NCBI RefSeq assembly: GCF_001194135.2
Contig: NC_068982.1
Location: 41,370,717-41,434,716, forward strand
DNA length: 64,000 nt
Source: Octopus bimaculoides
Lineage: Eukaryota
Direction of reading: 5' to 3'
Shown here: positions 1 to 13,073 of the stretch, one piece after another
Layout of the letters: each line of letters opens with the position of its first letter
How positions within the stretch are numbered: position 1 is the first letter of the stretch
Notes under the pieces: model-generated
Databases searched by the model: none
The model's input: the letters and a program-made list of their open reading frames with translations, nothing else
What the model was told of the DNA's origin: nothing
Translations under genes and position numbers: made by a program

Positions 1-227
1 TCATATTGGGGCACTGCCTGGGGGTGTTTCTAGTCAAACATATTAATTTTATATCTGTTGTTATGTCTCATTTATTCTGTTGGTCTCTTTTGCCAAAACT
101 CCAAGTTATGGGGACTTAAATAAACCAATACTGTTTGTCAAATGGTGGTAAGGAATGGAGACAAACACAATATGTGCGTGTGCGCACACATACACACTCA
201 CACACACGATGCTCTTCTTTCAGTTTC

Positions 228-461
228 TTATTTCTTTATTGCCCACAAAGGGCTACACATAGAGGGGACAAACAAGGTCAGACAAACGGATTAAGTCGAT
301 TATATCGACCCCAGTGCATAACTGGTATTTATTTAATTGACCCCGAAAGGATGAAAGGCAAAGTCAACCTCGGCAGAATTTGAACTCAGAACATAGCGGC
401 AGCCGAAATACCGCTAAGCATTTTGCCCAGCCTGCTAACGTTTCTGCTAGTTTGCCGCCTT
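228..461 (-). mobile_element. SINE family B variant with an alternative 3' end
   Basis: Family B head and core, but with the tail gcccacaaagggctacacatagagggg...; the same variant occurs at 61225-61440. Confidence 0.75.
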
Positions 462-3231
462 ATTTCAGTTTCTGTCTACCAAAATCATTCACAAAGCTTT
501 GGTTTTCCTGGGGTTATATTACAAGATACTTACCATAGGTGCCATGAATCAAGGACCATGTCGTTGGGAACCAAGCTTCTTACCATGCAGCCACGTCTAC
601 AATTACCAGTCACTAGTATCAGAAAGATTTAAGTCAAACTCAACTAATTCAAAATATTAAATGCACCATATTCTGAAATCTGAATGATTTTAAAACATTC
701 AAAACAGGTGGTTTATTTGATAACAGAGAATGGCAATAAAAATGTAAGAGATATATTTGTTGGTGTGCTGTAAGACAAAAGAGGTATTGATGTTCAGCTG
801 AGGTCTTTTATTAGAAAAGATGATGTAATGTCAAAATGAAGATGGTGATGACCATCATCATAGTATCATCATCATCATCATTGGTTTGGCATGAGGTTTC
901 ATTGTTGTCACCACCCCCACCACCATCATTACCATCTTCATCATTATGTAACATTCACTTTTCCATGCTTGCATGGGTCTCAAGGAGTTCATTGAAGTAG
1001 ATCTTCTATAGCTGGATGCCTTTTCTGTTGCCAACCCTCATCTGTTTCCAAGCAAGGTAATATTTTCCCCATGGCTGAGGCATGTTTCCCATGGAAGAGT
1101 GGAAATGAACAACACCTCTTGTATGACAGTGATGCTCATTTTACAACCATCATATGATATCAAGGCAAACATACAAACAAACATGTGTATGTGTGCATGC
1201 ATATATTCAACAGTTCTATGCACTATGTCCTCTCATAAGGTTTTCGCTGGCCCAAGGCTATAACAGAGGGCAAAGCTTCTTAACCACACAGCCATTCCTG
1301 CATCTGTAGGCAGGCCTGTCTGTCCTCCCAGTGGGGTTGTGAAATCATAGTTTTAATTTGAGAGGATTATTTTTGCCTTCTAATTATATGTATGACAAAT
1401 ATTAATTTTTTGTTCCCCAAAATATTAATACAGCTATAGTTAAAGCAAGTTATTGTGATTTATTGATAAAAACTAGATATTGTCCCTCCTAGCAACTACT
1501 AAACTGGACTCTTGCACTATGGCCCTATGCTGATCGAAGCCTTGTGAATGGATTTGGTAAACAGAAACTGTTACGTGTGTGTGTGTGTGTGTGTGCGCAT
1601 GTGTGTGTGTGTGCGCATGTGTGTGTGTGAGTGTGTGTATCTTTGTTTATAAATCACGTGATGGTTGTAAATGAGCATTGTTGTCATACAAGTAAGGTTG
1701 ACCATTTCCTGTCTTGCATGCAAAACATGTCTAGGTCTGAGAAAATATTACCTTGTGTGGAAAGAGAAGGTTGGCAACAAGGGGGTCATCTGTCAGAAGA
1801 AAATCTGCTTCAACAAATTCCATCTGACCATGCAAGCATGAAAAAGTGGACATTTAATGACGATGATGATGACAACATATATACATGCATACATATATAT
1901 ATATATATATATGATCACATCACACATGCATGCATGCATGCACACACAAACTACTTACATACATACACACATGCACACTTACATGCATACATGTATACAC
2001 ATACAAATATACATACATGTATATACATACATGTATATACAACAGGTTATACTGGCACTCCATCAGTTACATTGATGAGTGTTCCAGTTGATCTGGTCAA
2101 CAGAACATCCTACTTGTGAAATTAACAGACATATGTACCCTTAATGTAGTTCTCGAGGAAATTCAATGTGACAAGGCTGGCCCTTTGAAATACAGGCACT
2201 ACTCATTTTTGTCAGCTGAGTGGACAGGAGCAACGTGAAATATAGAGCTCTGCTCAAGGACACAATGCACTGTCAGGTATCAAACTCAAAGCCTTATGAT
2301 CATGAGCTAAATACCCTAACCACTGTGTCCCATGCCTTCACACATAACAGGTTAGATGAATGATTGTTATTGAACAAGCTATAAAATAACAACACACAGC
2401 ACAATGGCAAGATTTGAACATTGGACTTTTAAATCTTATGTTAAAGTATTGATAGTATTTTGGAAATATAGCTAATATACAATTATAACTAATTACTATT
2501 TTGCATATTAATTTATATATAGGTATAATTAACCAATCTGTTAGATAAACAGCCAATTTTAAACGTGGTACTCATTCTTATTTATCTCTTAATGCATGTC
2601 CTCGTAAAATGATATCATCAACAGAATATGACTTACCCAATAATGATGGTTTATTTTGACTAGGCATAAAGCTTCACTTTGCAACCATGTGGTTTTGTGT
2701 TCAGTTCCACTGTGCAACATCTTGGACAAGTGTTTTCTGCAAAAGCCCTGGACCAAATAATTCCTTTTGAATGAATTTAGTGGATGGAAACTGTGTAGAA
2801 GTGCATATGTGTGTGTGTGTGTGTGGTGCGTGCGTGTGTATAGGTGCAGGCATGGATGCATGGTTAGAAGTTTGCTTCCTAACCACATGGCTCTGGGTTC
2901 AGTTCCACTGCGTGACATCTTGGGTGGGTGTCTTCTACGATAGCTTCTGGCCAACCTAAGTCTTGTGATTGGATTTAATAGACAGAAACTGAAAGAAGCC
3001 CATTGTATGTGTGTGTGTTTGTTCCCTACCATCGCTTGACAACTTGTATTGATGTATTTATATATTCACGCCCCTGTAACTTAGCAGTTCAGCAAAAGAA
3101 ACTGATACCATGAGTATCAAGCTTGAAAATAAAATAAGTACTGGGGTTGTTTGACTAAAATTCTTCAAGGTGGTGTGCCAATGTGGTTGCAGTCTAGTGA
3201 GTGAAACATGTAAAAGATAAAAAGAAAAAGA

Positions 3232-3268
<37 letters not shown>

Positions 3269-3539
3269 ATATATACATATATGTATATACTCATGCATGT
3301 ATTTGTGTTTTGGGTGTTTATCTTTGTGTTGCATTTGTCCTCTGACAAACAATGTTGGTTTGTATACATCTTTAAAACACCAATTTGGCAAGAGAGGCCA
3401 ATAGAACAAGTACCAGACTTTAAAAAGTTAGTACTGGGATCAGTTTATTTGACTGAGCCCTTAAAGGTGGTGTTGAAGCATGGCCACAGTCAAATGAGCA
3501 AAACAAGTAAAAAGTTCTGGGTCTGAAGGAAGAAGCTGT

Positions 3540-3957
3540 GCCTATGGCTTTTGAAGATCCTTCCAGATTGGTAGAATCGCTGCCATTAACGAACCTATTG
3601 GACTTTTGTAAGTCAGCATTTGTGAGAAAGACTCATGAGCAAGAAAGGAATTCCAGAGGGTCAATAATCTATGGGAGAAGGAATAGATGTAGCGATTTTT
3701 GCAGGGTCTGGAAGGTTGAACACAAAAGGGGTGATGAAAGGAGGGGAAGTGAGTAGGACAGAGCTGTTTCAGTAGATGTGGCACAATCTCAGACAGTTCT
3801 GTGAAGCAGAGGCCATTATAATAGCAGCAATAAATAGGACAGAGAGAGAAGACTATGTGCTTGTAGGACAAAGGCTAGAGTATGTTGGTGAGTTATCTTA
3901 TATCAATCAAGTTGCTGGTCATTCTCTGGATGTTGGCCAGGACAACTGTATGTGCAG
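3540..3957 (-). mobile_element. Degenerate LINE (L2/Daphne/Crack-like) RT C-terminal relic
   Basis: Minus strand LANIQRMTSNLI...PLSYKHIVFSLCPIYCCYYNGLCFTELSEIVP...YIYSFSHRLLTLWNSF resembles the LDRIQRRA..LI / PLSHRR.VASL..FY.YY.G.CS.EL / SFF.RT..LWNSL motifs. Contains stops. Confidence 0.65.
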
Positions 3958-3977
3958 CTGCACATACAGTTGTCCTG
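3938..3977. repeat. Perfect 40-bp palindrome
   Basis: caggacaactgtatgtgcagctgcacatacagttgtcctg equals its own reverse complement; no spacer. Confidence 0.95.
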
Positions 3978-4307
3978 TCTTATGCTAAAACTGACCAGAT
4001 CCAGCCACTCACATCTAACCTACACTGCATTGCTAGTAAACAATTACATCATCAAAATCTTGAAGCTACAAGATAATACATGATTAATCCAAAACAATGT
4101 GAATAAATAAGCTTTATATTTGACCCAGTAATCTGAATGTTAAAGGGTTAAATTTTTTATTCTCTATGAGTATATTTGATTAAATTAATTCCAATTTACT
4201 ACTAGCACTTATTAACCCTGTTTGTATGAAGAGAAAAGTTGATCTTGGGGTGTTTAACTTCAGAAGCAATATGAGATTTTATAAGGTATAAAAGATAAAG
4301 TCAATAA

Positions 4308-4705
4308 GGCGCAGGAGTGGCTATGTGGTAAGTAGCTTGTTTACCAACCACATGGTTCCAGGTTCAGTCCCACTGCGTGGCACCTTGGGCAAGTGTCTTC
4401 TACTATAGCCTTGGGCCAACCAAATCCTTTTGAGTGGATTTGGTCGACGGAAACTGAAAGAAGCCTGTTGTATATATGTATATATATATGTGTGTGTGTA
4501 TATGTTTGTGTGTCTGTGTTTGTCCTCCCCACTGTCGCTTGACAACCAATACTGGTGTGTTTACGTCCCCGTAACTTAGCAGTTCGGCAAAAAGTGAGCG
4601 ATAGAATAAGTACTAGGCTTACAAAGAATAAGTCCTGGGGTCGATTTGCTCGACTAAAGGCGGTGCTCCAGCATGGCCACAGTCAAATGACTGAAACAAG
4701 TAAAT
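4308..4705 (+). mobile_element. tRNA-derived SINE, family A (full length, internal TA/TG microsatellite)
   Basis: Head ggcgcaggagtggctatgtggtaag (A-box-like), ggttcagtccc (B-box-like), gcaccttgggcaagtgtctt core, tail gactgaaacaagtaaa. Near-identical copies elsewhere in the window. Confidence 0.85.
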
Positions 4706-6622
4706 GAGTGAGTATGAGTATTGGGATAAATTTATTTCAGAAAAATAATAGTGACTGAAATAGACATACAGCTGCTGTTATTTGCCTTAAATTCAATTTC
4801 TTGACTTTTTTGTTTTTCATACATAAACATGACATTTGGAAAATTGTTATATTCATGTTATTCAGTAGAATTAATGACTCAAGTAAAGCAAAAAATAGTT
4901 GTGAATAGAAACTGAAAATAAACCAGAAGTACCTCCAAATGGGAAACTCCATTCTGATGCATTCACTTTTAATTTAGTAAATAATATTGTTGACAAAGTC
5001 ACACATAATATAGGACATGGTCACATATAATATAGAGCAAGGTCACACATGACATTGGACAAGATCACATGGATCTTTTCTGTTTGGCTGCCACTTTTCA
5101 ATTTCTTTGACTTTTGTTCCAATTGATTTTCATGTTTGATGTATTGATTTAGTTTTGTATTAACATGAAATTCATTTTCACCATAAATCAATAATTAAAG
5201 AGTTAATAGCTTTTAAAGTTTGCAAATTTTCAGTAATTTTAGCCAGTCAAAAGCCACAGACATAGAGGTGCCTGTTTCCATGGTAACAAGCCAAGCTGTT
5301 ACCAAGCTGCTTGGTCATTTTTCGCTTATTAAAAACTCAGAACACATGTGGGATATGGTGGTCATGACATGTACTAAAAATAATAGCTAAGTAGGCCTTA
5401 AATCACATACCAAAATTCTTTTTTTTTCAATATACGTAATCATATGAATTCCCATGTGTAGAATACAAATTCGCAAAATTTTCTGAAAATTCCAAAAAGT
5501 AAAAGTGTTATGAGGGGTTATATGGCCAATATTTCATTCATTTACAGTGGACAACACATGCAGTCTTGCACAAAATGACAGCTTCCAAATCCTTTTTTCT
5601 GACTGTGTAAAAATTAACAAACTTTAAACCTCCGTAACTTTTTTTTAAAAATTTCTGGAAAAAGTGAACTTGATGCTGAGATTCAGTGTGGAAAATTACA
5701 TTGATATACCAAATTTTCAAATTTTCACTAAACTTTAAAATTTCTACAAGTGCAGGCAAACAGAAAAGATCCAATTATGCATTTATTATTGATAATTTCA
5801 GAATTGCACACTGACTCAGGAATGAAATTTGCTTAGTGGGTGCCAACCCAGTTCTAAAATTTTTTGCAAACAAGGTCTTATGGTTCTTTTTTATTTGGTT
5901 TTGTTCTTTGAGAAGAAACCTAACTTCCAGCTACTTTTTACAGCTCACTTTTTACGTACTGTTTTCTAAACCTGAGAGAAATAAGTAATAGTGTAAATTT
6001 TAGTTTTTGCACCCCGCAAAAATGTTAGGAGTTGTGTTTGCATGCCCTGTTTCTTGCCCCATGGAATTGCATTGTTAACATGACAGGTCCTTTTCTCTCA
6101 ACATGGGTTGAGTCTTTCTGTCACCATTGGAATGTATCTCCATTGTGTCTTTTCTATAAGAATTTCCTTTGTCATTGCTCTGATGAATTTTCAGGTCTAG
6201 CATCCCCTGTCAAGACCTTTAAATGTGTCACCCACTTCTCTTCTCAGGGGCATTCTTTCTCTGTCAGCTTCCTGTTAGTCATAAGTCCTTTTATTTTAAT
6301 AGCTTCTTCCTTTGAACTGCTGCTTGCTGGAACCCATTACTATCATTTTTGTCTTTCTCTGGTTTACAATGTTCATTCCTTCAATCTTTCTGTTAATTGG
6401 CATTTTTTGAATTTGCAGGTATCTTCTTTTCCTTCTTTTTATCCCTTATGCTTCAGTGGCTTCAAACCTTATTTTAGGACAAAATCATGTAAAATAATAA
6501 AGTGGTAAAATAAATACCCTATGTTTAGCATGTTCCAGAACTTATTTTATTTAGTGTGAATTTGGTTAAAATTGCTAAGTTAAGGCCAGTTCACTTCACT
6601 CATACCGTTGCTGCTGCTGCTG

Positions 6623-6654
<32 letters not shown>

Positions 6655-7300
6655 GAGAACAATGTGAATGTTGCGGTTTCGTTTTGTTTTTTCTATGGAT
6701 ATTTTTGTTTTGTATTCATGTATGAAATAAATATATTGTGTAGTATAATTAGTTTATAACAACAAACATTATGACATACATTACAGTTTTCAGATCTTTT
6801 CTGTTGCTGTCACTTTCCTATGTTTTTAAAAATTTTGTTCCATTTGTTTTCAAATTTGGTATACTAAGTTAGTTTTGTATGTTAATTATGAAAATGAAAT
6901 TCGTTTTTGCCATAAATTAATAAATAGTAAGTTAACAGGTGTAGCTCTGTGGTAATAGTTCTGGGTTCAGTCCCATTGCATGGCACCTTGGGCAAGTGTC
7001 TTGTGCTATACCCTCCTGGGGTTAAACCTCTGTAATATCTTTCTAAAATTTTTATGGAACTAATGAATAACAAAATCAGATTCAGTGTGGAAAATTACAT
7101 CAATACACCAAATTTGAAAATTTTCACTTACTTTTAAAATTTTAAAATCTGTGACAGTAACAGAAAAGACCCCAGTTTTTGAAGCAACAAAGTTTCGGAA
7201 ATATAACAAAAATTTAACTCCACAATTCCAAATAAATTCTTTAAAAACTTTTTTGATAATTTTATTTTACATTTATTATTATCAGTTTTTGCCTTTCCAG

Positions 7301-7555
7301 GAACCAAGCTAACTTACAAGGCAAGTGGAAGTAGCTCTCGTAATAAAAATGGGAACATTAAGCGTCCAATGAATGCTTTTATGGTATTTGGGCGTACTTA
7401 CAGATCGACTTTAATGAAAATGTTTCCAACAGCATCCAATTCCCAAATCAGCATTTACTTGGGGGAGATTTGGCATAAAATGTCTCCAGCTCAACAGAAA
7501 CCATATTTTGATGAATCCAATCGAATTAAATATAAACACCGCAAAGACTATCCAG
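7301..7555 (+). CDS. SOX30: SoxH/SOX30-like HMG-box transcription factor, first visible coding exon (most of the HMG box)
   Basis: Acceptor tttccAG at 7299-7300 and donor GTaat at 7556 (phase 1-1). Translates TKLTYKASGSSSRNKNGNIKRPMNAFMVFGRTYRSTLMKMFPTASNSQISIYLGEIWHKMSPAQQKPYFDESNRIKYKHRKDYP. KRPMNAF is the Sox signature. KPYFDE..IK.KHR..PGWVY (completed by the next exon) matches SOX30/SoxH (as recalled, KPYYDEAQKIKEKHREEFPGWVYQP). Orthology is inferred. Confidence 0.85.
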
Positions 7556-9199
7556 GTAATTATATTACAAATTTAGCTCTGTAATCTATTGGGTTATTGG
7601 TTGTTGAAAACTCATGTTTTTTCATGTGGTGATTCAAGATAAGATAAATTAGAGCGGTTTCCAATTGCTATACTAGGACCTATAGGAAGATTTGAACTGG
7701 GTATTGCAAGTATAAACAAAACACTTGTCAACAATAGGGATATCTAAGGCACCAAACTGGCAGAATTGTAAGCATACTGGGCAAAATGCTTAGTAACATT
7801 TCGTCCATCTTTACATTTTGAGTTCAAATTCTGCTGAGGTTCACTTTACCTTTTATTCTTGGAGTGGGGGGGGGGGGCAATAAAATGTGTATCTGTTGAA
7901 CACTGGGGTCAATTTAATCAACTTAGCCCTTCCCCTAAAACTGCTGGCCTTGTGCCACAATTTGAAACCAATAATAGGGTGGTCTGTTTTTAGCACTGAG
8001 CTGTGCCTACTCTATGACTTAAGTAGACTGAACCAGTGAGAGGTAGGTATTTGGTTAAGTCACATTTCAGTGATAAAATATAAATCATAGGCACAGGCAA
8101 GGGTGTGCGGTAAAGAAGTTTGCTTTGCAACCATGTACCTTTGAATGTTGACAGACTGCATGGCACCTTGGATTAGTGTCTTCTACCATAGACTCAGGCT
8201 GACTGAAGCCTTATGAATGGATTTTGTAAATGGAAACTGAAAGAAGTTTATCCTTTGCAATATATATTTGAAGTGGCAATAAAATATTACTTATCTGTAT
8301 AGTTACTACTATCTCTTATAAAGTCTCTTATAGAGATTTTCAAACTAGCTATTTTGCTTGTTGCAAGATCAGTTACTGGTTGTCAGTTATTTTTCTATAT
8401 ACTGTGAGCTGGAGCAGATTACTGCTATCTCTAGCTGATGGATGTCCACCACTGAGGTTGAGCACAAATAGCTCAAAGCCATATGGTCTGGTGGTCCTGT
8501 TATCTGCTAGAAGATGGTAGGAGTTTGCTCCCCTGCTTGCAATATGTATTAGGTACAGATTGCATTGATGACCAGCTGGAGGAGGCTCCTCCTGGGGTTA
8601 AAGACGGTAGTAACATCGGTTCCTATGGAACAGCCATATTGAAGTGGCGATAAACGTTGTTTCTCTCTCTCTCTCTCCATACACACACACTCTCACATTT
8701 TTTTTTTATGTATTACATGTATATGTATGTGTATATGTGTCTTGTCTTGATATTGTGTAATAGTTGTAAATGAGAATCACTACCATACAAGTGGTGTCTT
8801 TGTTTCTAGTCCTACATGAAAACACATCTGGCCATGGGGACTAGCTTGGGCAGACTAGCATGGATGAGTATCTCAATGTCTGGGATTTTGTCTTGCCACT
8901 TTATGTATGTCAAGAAGTTTTCTGAGGCAAGGGCTGTGGAAGTATATCAGTTTCCTTGCCTGGCGTTAGAAGACCATTCACATTTTGCATCCATCAAGTG
9001 GAGAAGTGAGAACTACTACTAAAGGCATCCAGGTACCAGATGCTGGATCAAGTCTACAACCCAAGAACAGGAACAGTACATCCGATAGCCCTTTGCACAG
9101 CTTCCATCTACTGATTTTTGCAGTAAAGAGTTGTTATTTTTGAAACGTAATCATGTACTGAGAGGAACTTACTAAAATAACTAACTTTTGGTATTATTA

Positions 9200-9640
9200 A
9201 GATACTGTAAGGTGGTGAGCTGGCAGAATTGTTAGCATGCCATGCAATATGCTTAGTGGTATTTTGTCTGTCCTTACATTCAGAGTTCAATCAACCTTGC
9301 CTTTCGTCCTTTTAGGGTTGATAAAATAATTACCAGCTGGACACTGGGATTAATAAAAACGACTTAGCCCCTTCCCTGAGATTATGGCCTTGTGCCAAAA
9401 TTTGAAACCAATATTATCATTACTAAGGCGAGGAGCTAGCAGAATCATTAGCACGCCAGACAAAATGCTTAACAGTATTTCATCCGGCTTTATGTTCTGA
9501 GTTCAACTTCCACTGAGGTTGACTTTGCCTTTCATCCTTTCAAGGTCAATAAAATAGGTACTAGTTGAGCACTGGGGTGGATGTAGTCTACTTACCCTTT
9601 CCTTGAAATTACTGGCCTTGTGCCAAAATTTGAAACCACT
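9200..9640 (+). mobile_element. Second head-to-tail pair of SINE family B
   Basis: Two diverged units starting at ~9200 and ~9424. Other single copies at ~7750-7975 (+) and at ~21660-21850, 31210-31410, 40225-40440, 53750-53950, 54540-54740 and 54885-55060 (all -). Confidence 0.75.
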
Positions 9641-10469
9641 ATTAAGATACTGTCTGGAACATAACCAATGAGTCTGATTTAAAAATATGATGGAAGATTG
9701 TAATTTGATATGAATATTTTGAAATGAGAGACTTTGCATAATAAAATCAGAGATGGCTCAGGTGGTGGCAGTGATATCAAAAGGGGTGTGCTTAAATTAT
9801 TGGCTTCATTACAACTTTTCAAGCTTAGAGAAGAAGGTATGTCTCCCTCTTGATGTTTATTAAAATGAGAGAAAGTGCTTTCCATTCACCATATTATTGA
9901 TCTTTCATCTGCTAGTTTGTCATTGCTGTTGTAAATAATTTTATGAAACTGATTGGTGCAATCATGGTTGTGTGGTAAGAAGTTTACTTCCTAATCACAT
10001 AGTTCTGGGTTCAGTCCCACTGCATGGCACCTCGGGCAAGTATCCCCTGCTCTTGTCTTGGGCCAACCAAAGCCTTGTGAGTGGATTTGGTTGACAGAAA
10101 CTGAAAGAAGCTTGTCATATCTATATATGTGTATGTGTAAGCATTTGTATTTCCTTGTCTTGACATCATGTGATGGTTGAAAATGATTGTCATGTCAGCT
10201 TCATACAAGCAGTGTTGTTCATTTGCAATATTCTGTGGAAACATGTCTGGCTACAGGGGGGGGGGGTTAAATATTAATTCTTTGGGAAACAGGTGAGGGT
10301 CAATGACAGGAAGGAGAGACAGGTGTAGAGAATCTGTCTCCATAAACTCTATCTGATTGATGCAAGCATGGGAAAATTGGNNNNNNNNNNCTGATTGATG
10401 CAAGCATGGGAAAATTGGCATAAAAATGACGATGATGGTGGTGGTGATACTTTGAGATATTGAAACATC

Positions 10470-10508
<39 letters not shown>

Positions 10509-12145
10509 AAGCAATGTGTTGTAGGATAATGTAGAATTGTATTTCAGAAATGTTAATATTTAACCCCAGGCTATTTATGATTGAGTAGATCTATGATGAG
10601 AGGCATTCCAGATGTGACTTGCATACAGGCTTGTCCCTCCAACCCTCTCCAGCTGAACATTACTAATCTTGCAGGCTCATAGGTGCTGGTGCCACATAAA
10701 AAGCATCCATGCTGGTGCTGCGTAAAAGCACCCAGTACACTCTGTATGGTAATTGGTGTTAGGAAGGACGTCCAGTAGTAGAAACCATTCCAAAACAGAC
10801 ATGAAGCCTGTACAGCCCTTCAGCTGGTCAGTTCCTGTTAAACCGTCCAACCCATGCCAGCATGGAAAACACGTTAATTGAAAAATGACGAGCATATCTA
10901 GGACCAAGGTGTATAAGAGTGGGGTTGGTCTGATAAATTATTATGCAGATTGAGAACTAAAGAGAAGCCCATAACTATCTGGTTCCCATCATTATTTAAA
11001 CAAAAACAAACAGCTTCGTTGAATTTTGACAGGACATCTTGTTCCCACAGCCTGAATGTACTCTTGCTCCACCTACCCAAATTTTTCCCAGAAGCTTTGA
11101 AGGACTCTATTATCCAACATGTCCCCCTTTCCCTTTTAAGATGGTAGGATGTTATTTGATAAAAATTCATGCATAGAGGCCTTTTCATCGGTTTGTATTT
11201 CTGGAATGTAGTGTAAAGCTTGGAAGTGGTTTTAATATTTTTTATGTTTCAGTTGGATGTTAACTTACTATATCTTATTCCTGTAGTCTAATATTTTCAT
11301 GTTATCTGTTTGAGTAGTTTCTTTCATAGGATTTAAATAATATTTATCTAGCATCCTGTGAAAGGAGGAAGATAGCCAGACATCTGTATATATTGATCAG
11401 CCTGGTGTAATAGATTCTTCAACAACAGGTATCAGACTGTTGATTTTGCAGTATTCTTCAGCTGTATGTGTGTGTGTGTGTGTATTTTTATATTTATATA
11501 TATGTATGATTGGATATGACAATTAAACAACATAGGTATCGATTCTAATGTTAGGCACGTTAAAGGAGTACCAAGTTATACCCGTGTTCATTTTTCAACA
11601 TCATCATCATTTAATGTCTATTTTCCACTGCTAGCATGGGTTAGACAGTTTGACTGGAGATGGTAAGCTGTAGAGCTGCACCAAGCTCTACTCTGTTTTG
11701 GCTTGGTTTGTACAGCTGGATGCCTTTCCTAACGCCAACCACTCCACAGAGTGTAATGGGTGTCTTTTACGTGTCACCAGTATGTGTATCTTTCATGTGA
11801 CACCAGCACTGGCCATGACTTCACTTAGCTTGATATCTCTCCTCATACACAGCAATTCACCAGAAGTCTCGGTCACTTGTTATCATCTCTGTGAGACTCA
11901 GTGTCCGAAGATCACATTTCACCACCTTGTCACACATCTTCCTGGATCTAATTCTTCCACAGGTTCCTCCCACAAATAGAGATCAGCATTTTTCTACACA
12001 GCTGTCTTCATCCATACACATAATATGACCATACCAGCATAGTCTTTTGTTTTGCACATTACATCTGATGCCTCTTATACCTAATTTTTCTCTTAAGATA
12101 CTTACACTCTGTTGTATGTGCACACTGACGTTAAACATCTAGTGT

Positions 12146-12456
12146 NNNNNNNNNNNNNNNNNNNNNNNNNNNNNNNNNNNNNNNNNNNNNNNNNNNNNNN
12201 NNNNNNNNNNNNNNNNNNNNNNNNNNNNNNNNNNNNNNNNNNNNNNNNNNNNNNNNNNNNNNNNNNNNNNNNNNNNNNNNNNNNNNNNNNNNNNNNNNNN
12301 NNNNNNNNNNNNNNNNNNNNNNNNNNNNNNNNNNNNNNNNNNNNNNNNNNNNNNNNNNNNNNNNNNNNNNNNNNNNNNNNNNNNNNNNNNNNNNNNNNNN
12401 NNNNNNNNNNNNNNNNNNNNNNNNNNNNNNNNNNNNNNNNNNNNNNNNNNNNNNNN
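12146..12456. other. Assembly gap
   Basis: Run of N. Other gaps: 10381-10390, 15727-16048, 21246-21255, 27878-28541, 63421-63880. Confidence 1.
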
Positions 12457-12658
12457 TTAAGATACTTACACTCTGTTGTATGTGCACACTGACGTTAAAC
12501 ATCTAGTGTAGCATGTTAGCTTCATTATATACATACATACATACATACATACGTACATACATACATATATATATATGTGTGTGTGTGTGTGTGCTAGCAT
12601 GGAAGGCAGATGTTAAACGATGGTAGTGTTGGTGGTGGTGGCGGCGACGGCAGTGATG

Positions 12659-12689
<31 letters not shown>

Positions 12690-13027
12690 AATTTTACTTG
12701 CTTACATAATCTCAGTGTGCCCAGTAAGGATTAGGAATTTATCTCTGTTGAAGACCTGGTATTATGTATTTAATCTGTCTATTGTGATTTGTAAATGCAG
12801 TCTAGATTGACGTGGAACATAACCCACTCTTCCGTTTAAAATACATGGTCTGTGTTGATTTGAATGATCTTTGCACATACATGAACTTTAGTGCAATGCT
12901 TAGTATGCTCTGTGACTGCCATAACGTGTTGCTATTGTTCTTTCTTTTTAGAATTGTATATGAAATACTCACAAGAAGCAGGATTCTATTCCTTCTTTTT
13001 AAAATGTGTCTGACTGACTGTCTGTCC

Positions 13028-13073
<46 letters not shown>

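Noticed and set aside
1631-2119. 162-aa and other His/Thr/Tyr/Ile-rich ORFs
   Set aside because: Translations of SINE bodies and (CA)/(TA) microsatellites; the same pseudo-peptides recur at every SINE copy.
4990-5075. Degenerate ~21-bp tandem repeat (ggtcaca.at...)
   Set aside because: Real but short and decayed; no evidence of function.
6032-6508. 158-aa ORF as a candidate 5' exon of SoxH
   Set aside because: No recognisable homology, composition reflects a pyrimidine-rich strand, and the available donor is in the wrong phase.
6556-6759. ORF with poly-Ala/poly-Thr
   Set aside because: Translation of a (GCT)n(ACT)n microsatellite without usable splice sites.
10353-10418. 28-bp direct repeat around a 10-N spacer (CRISPR-like look)
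   Set aside because: Only two units, separated by Ns; an unmerged contig overlap in a eukaryotic assembly.
12093-12509. 53-bp direct repeat on both sides of the 12146-12456 gap
   Set aside because: Identical sequence abutting an N run is the signature of overlapping contig ends; likely a scaffolding artefact.
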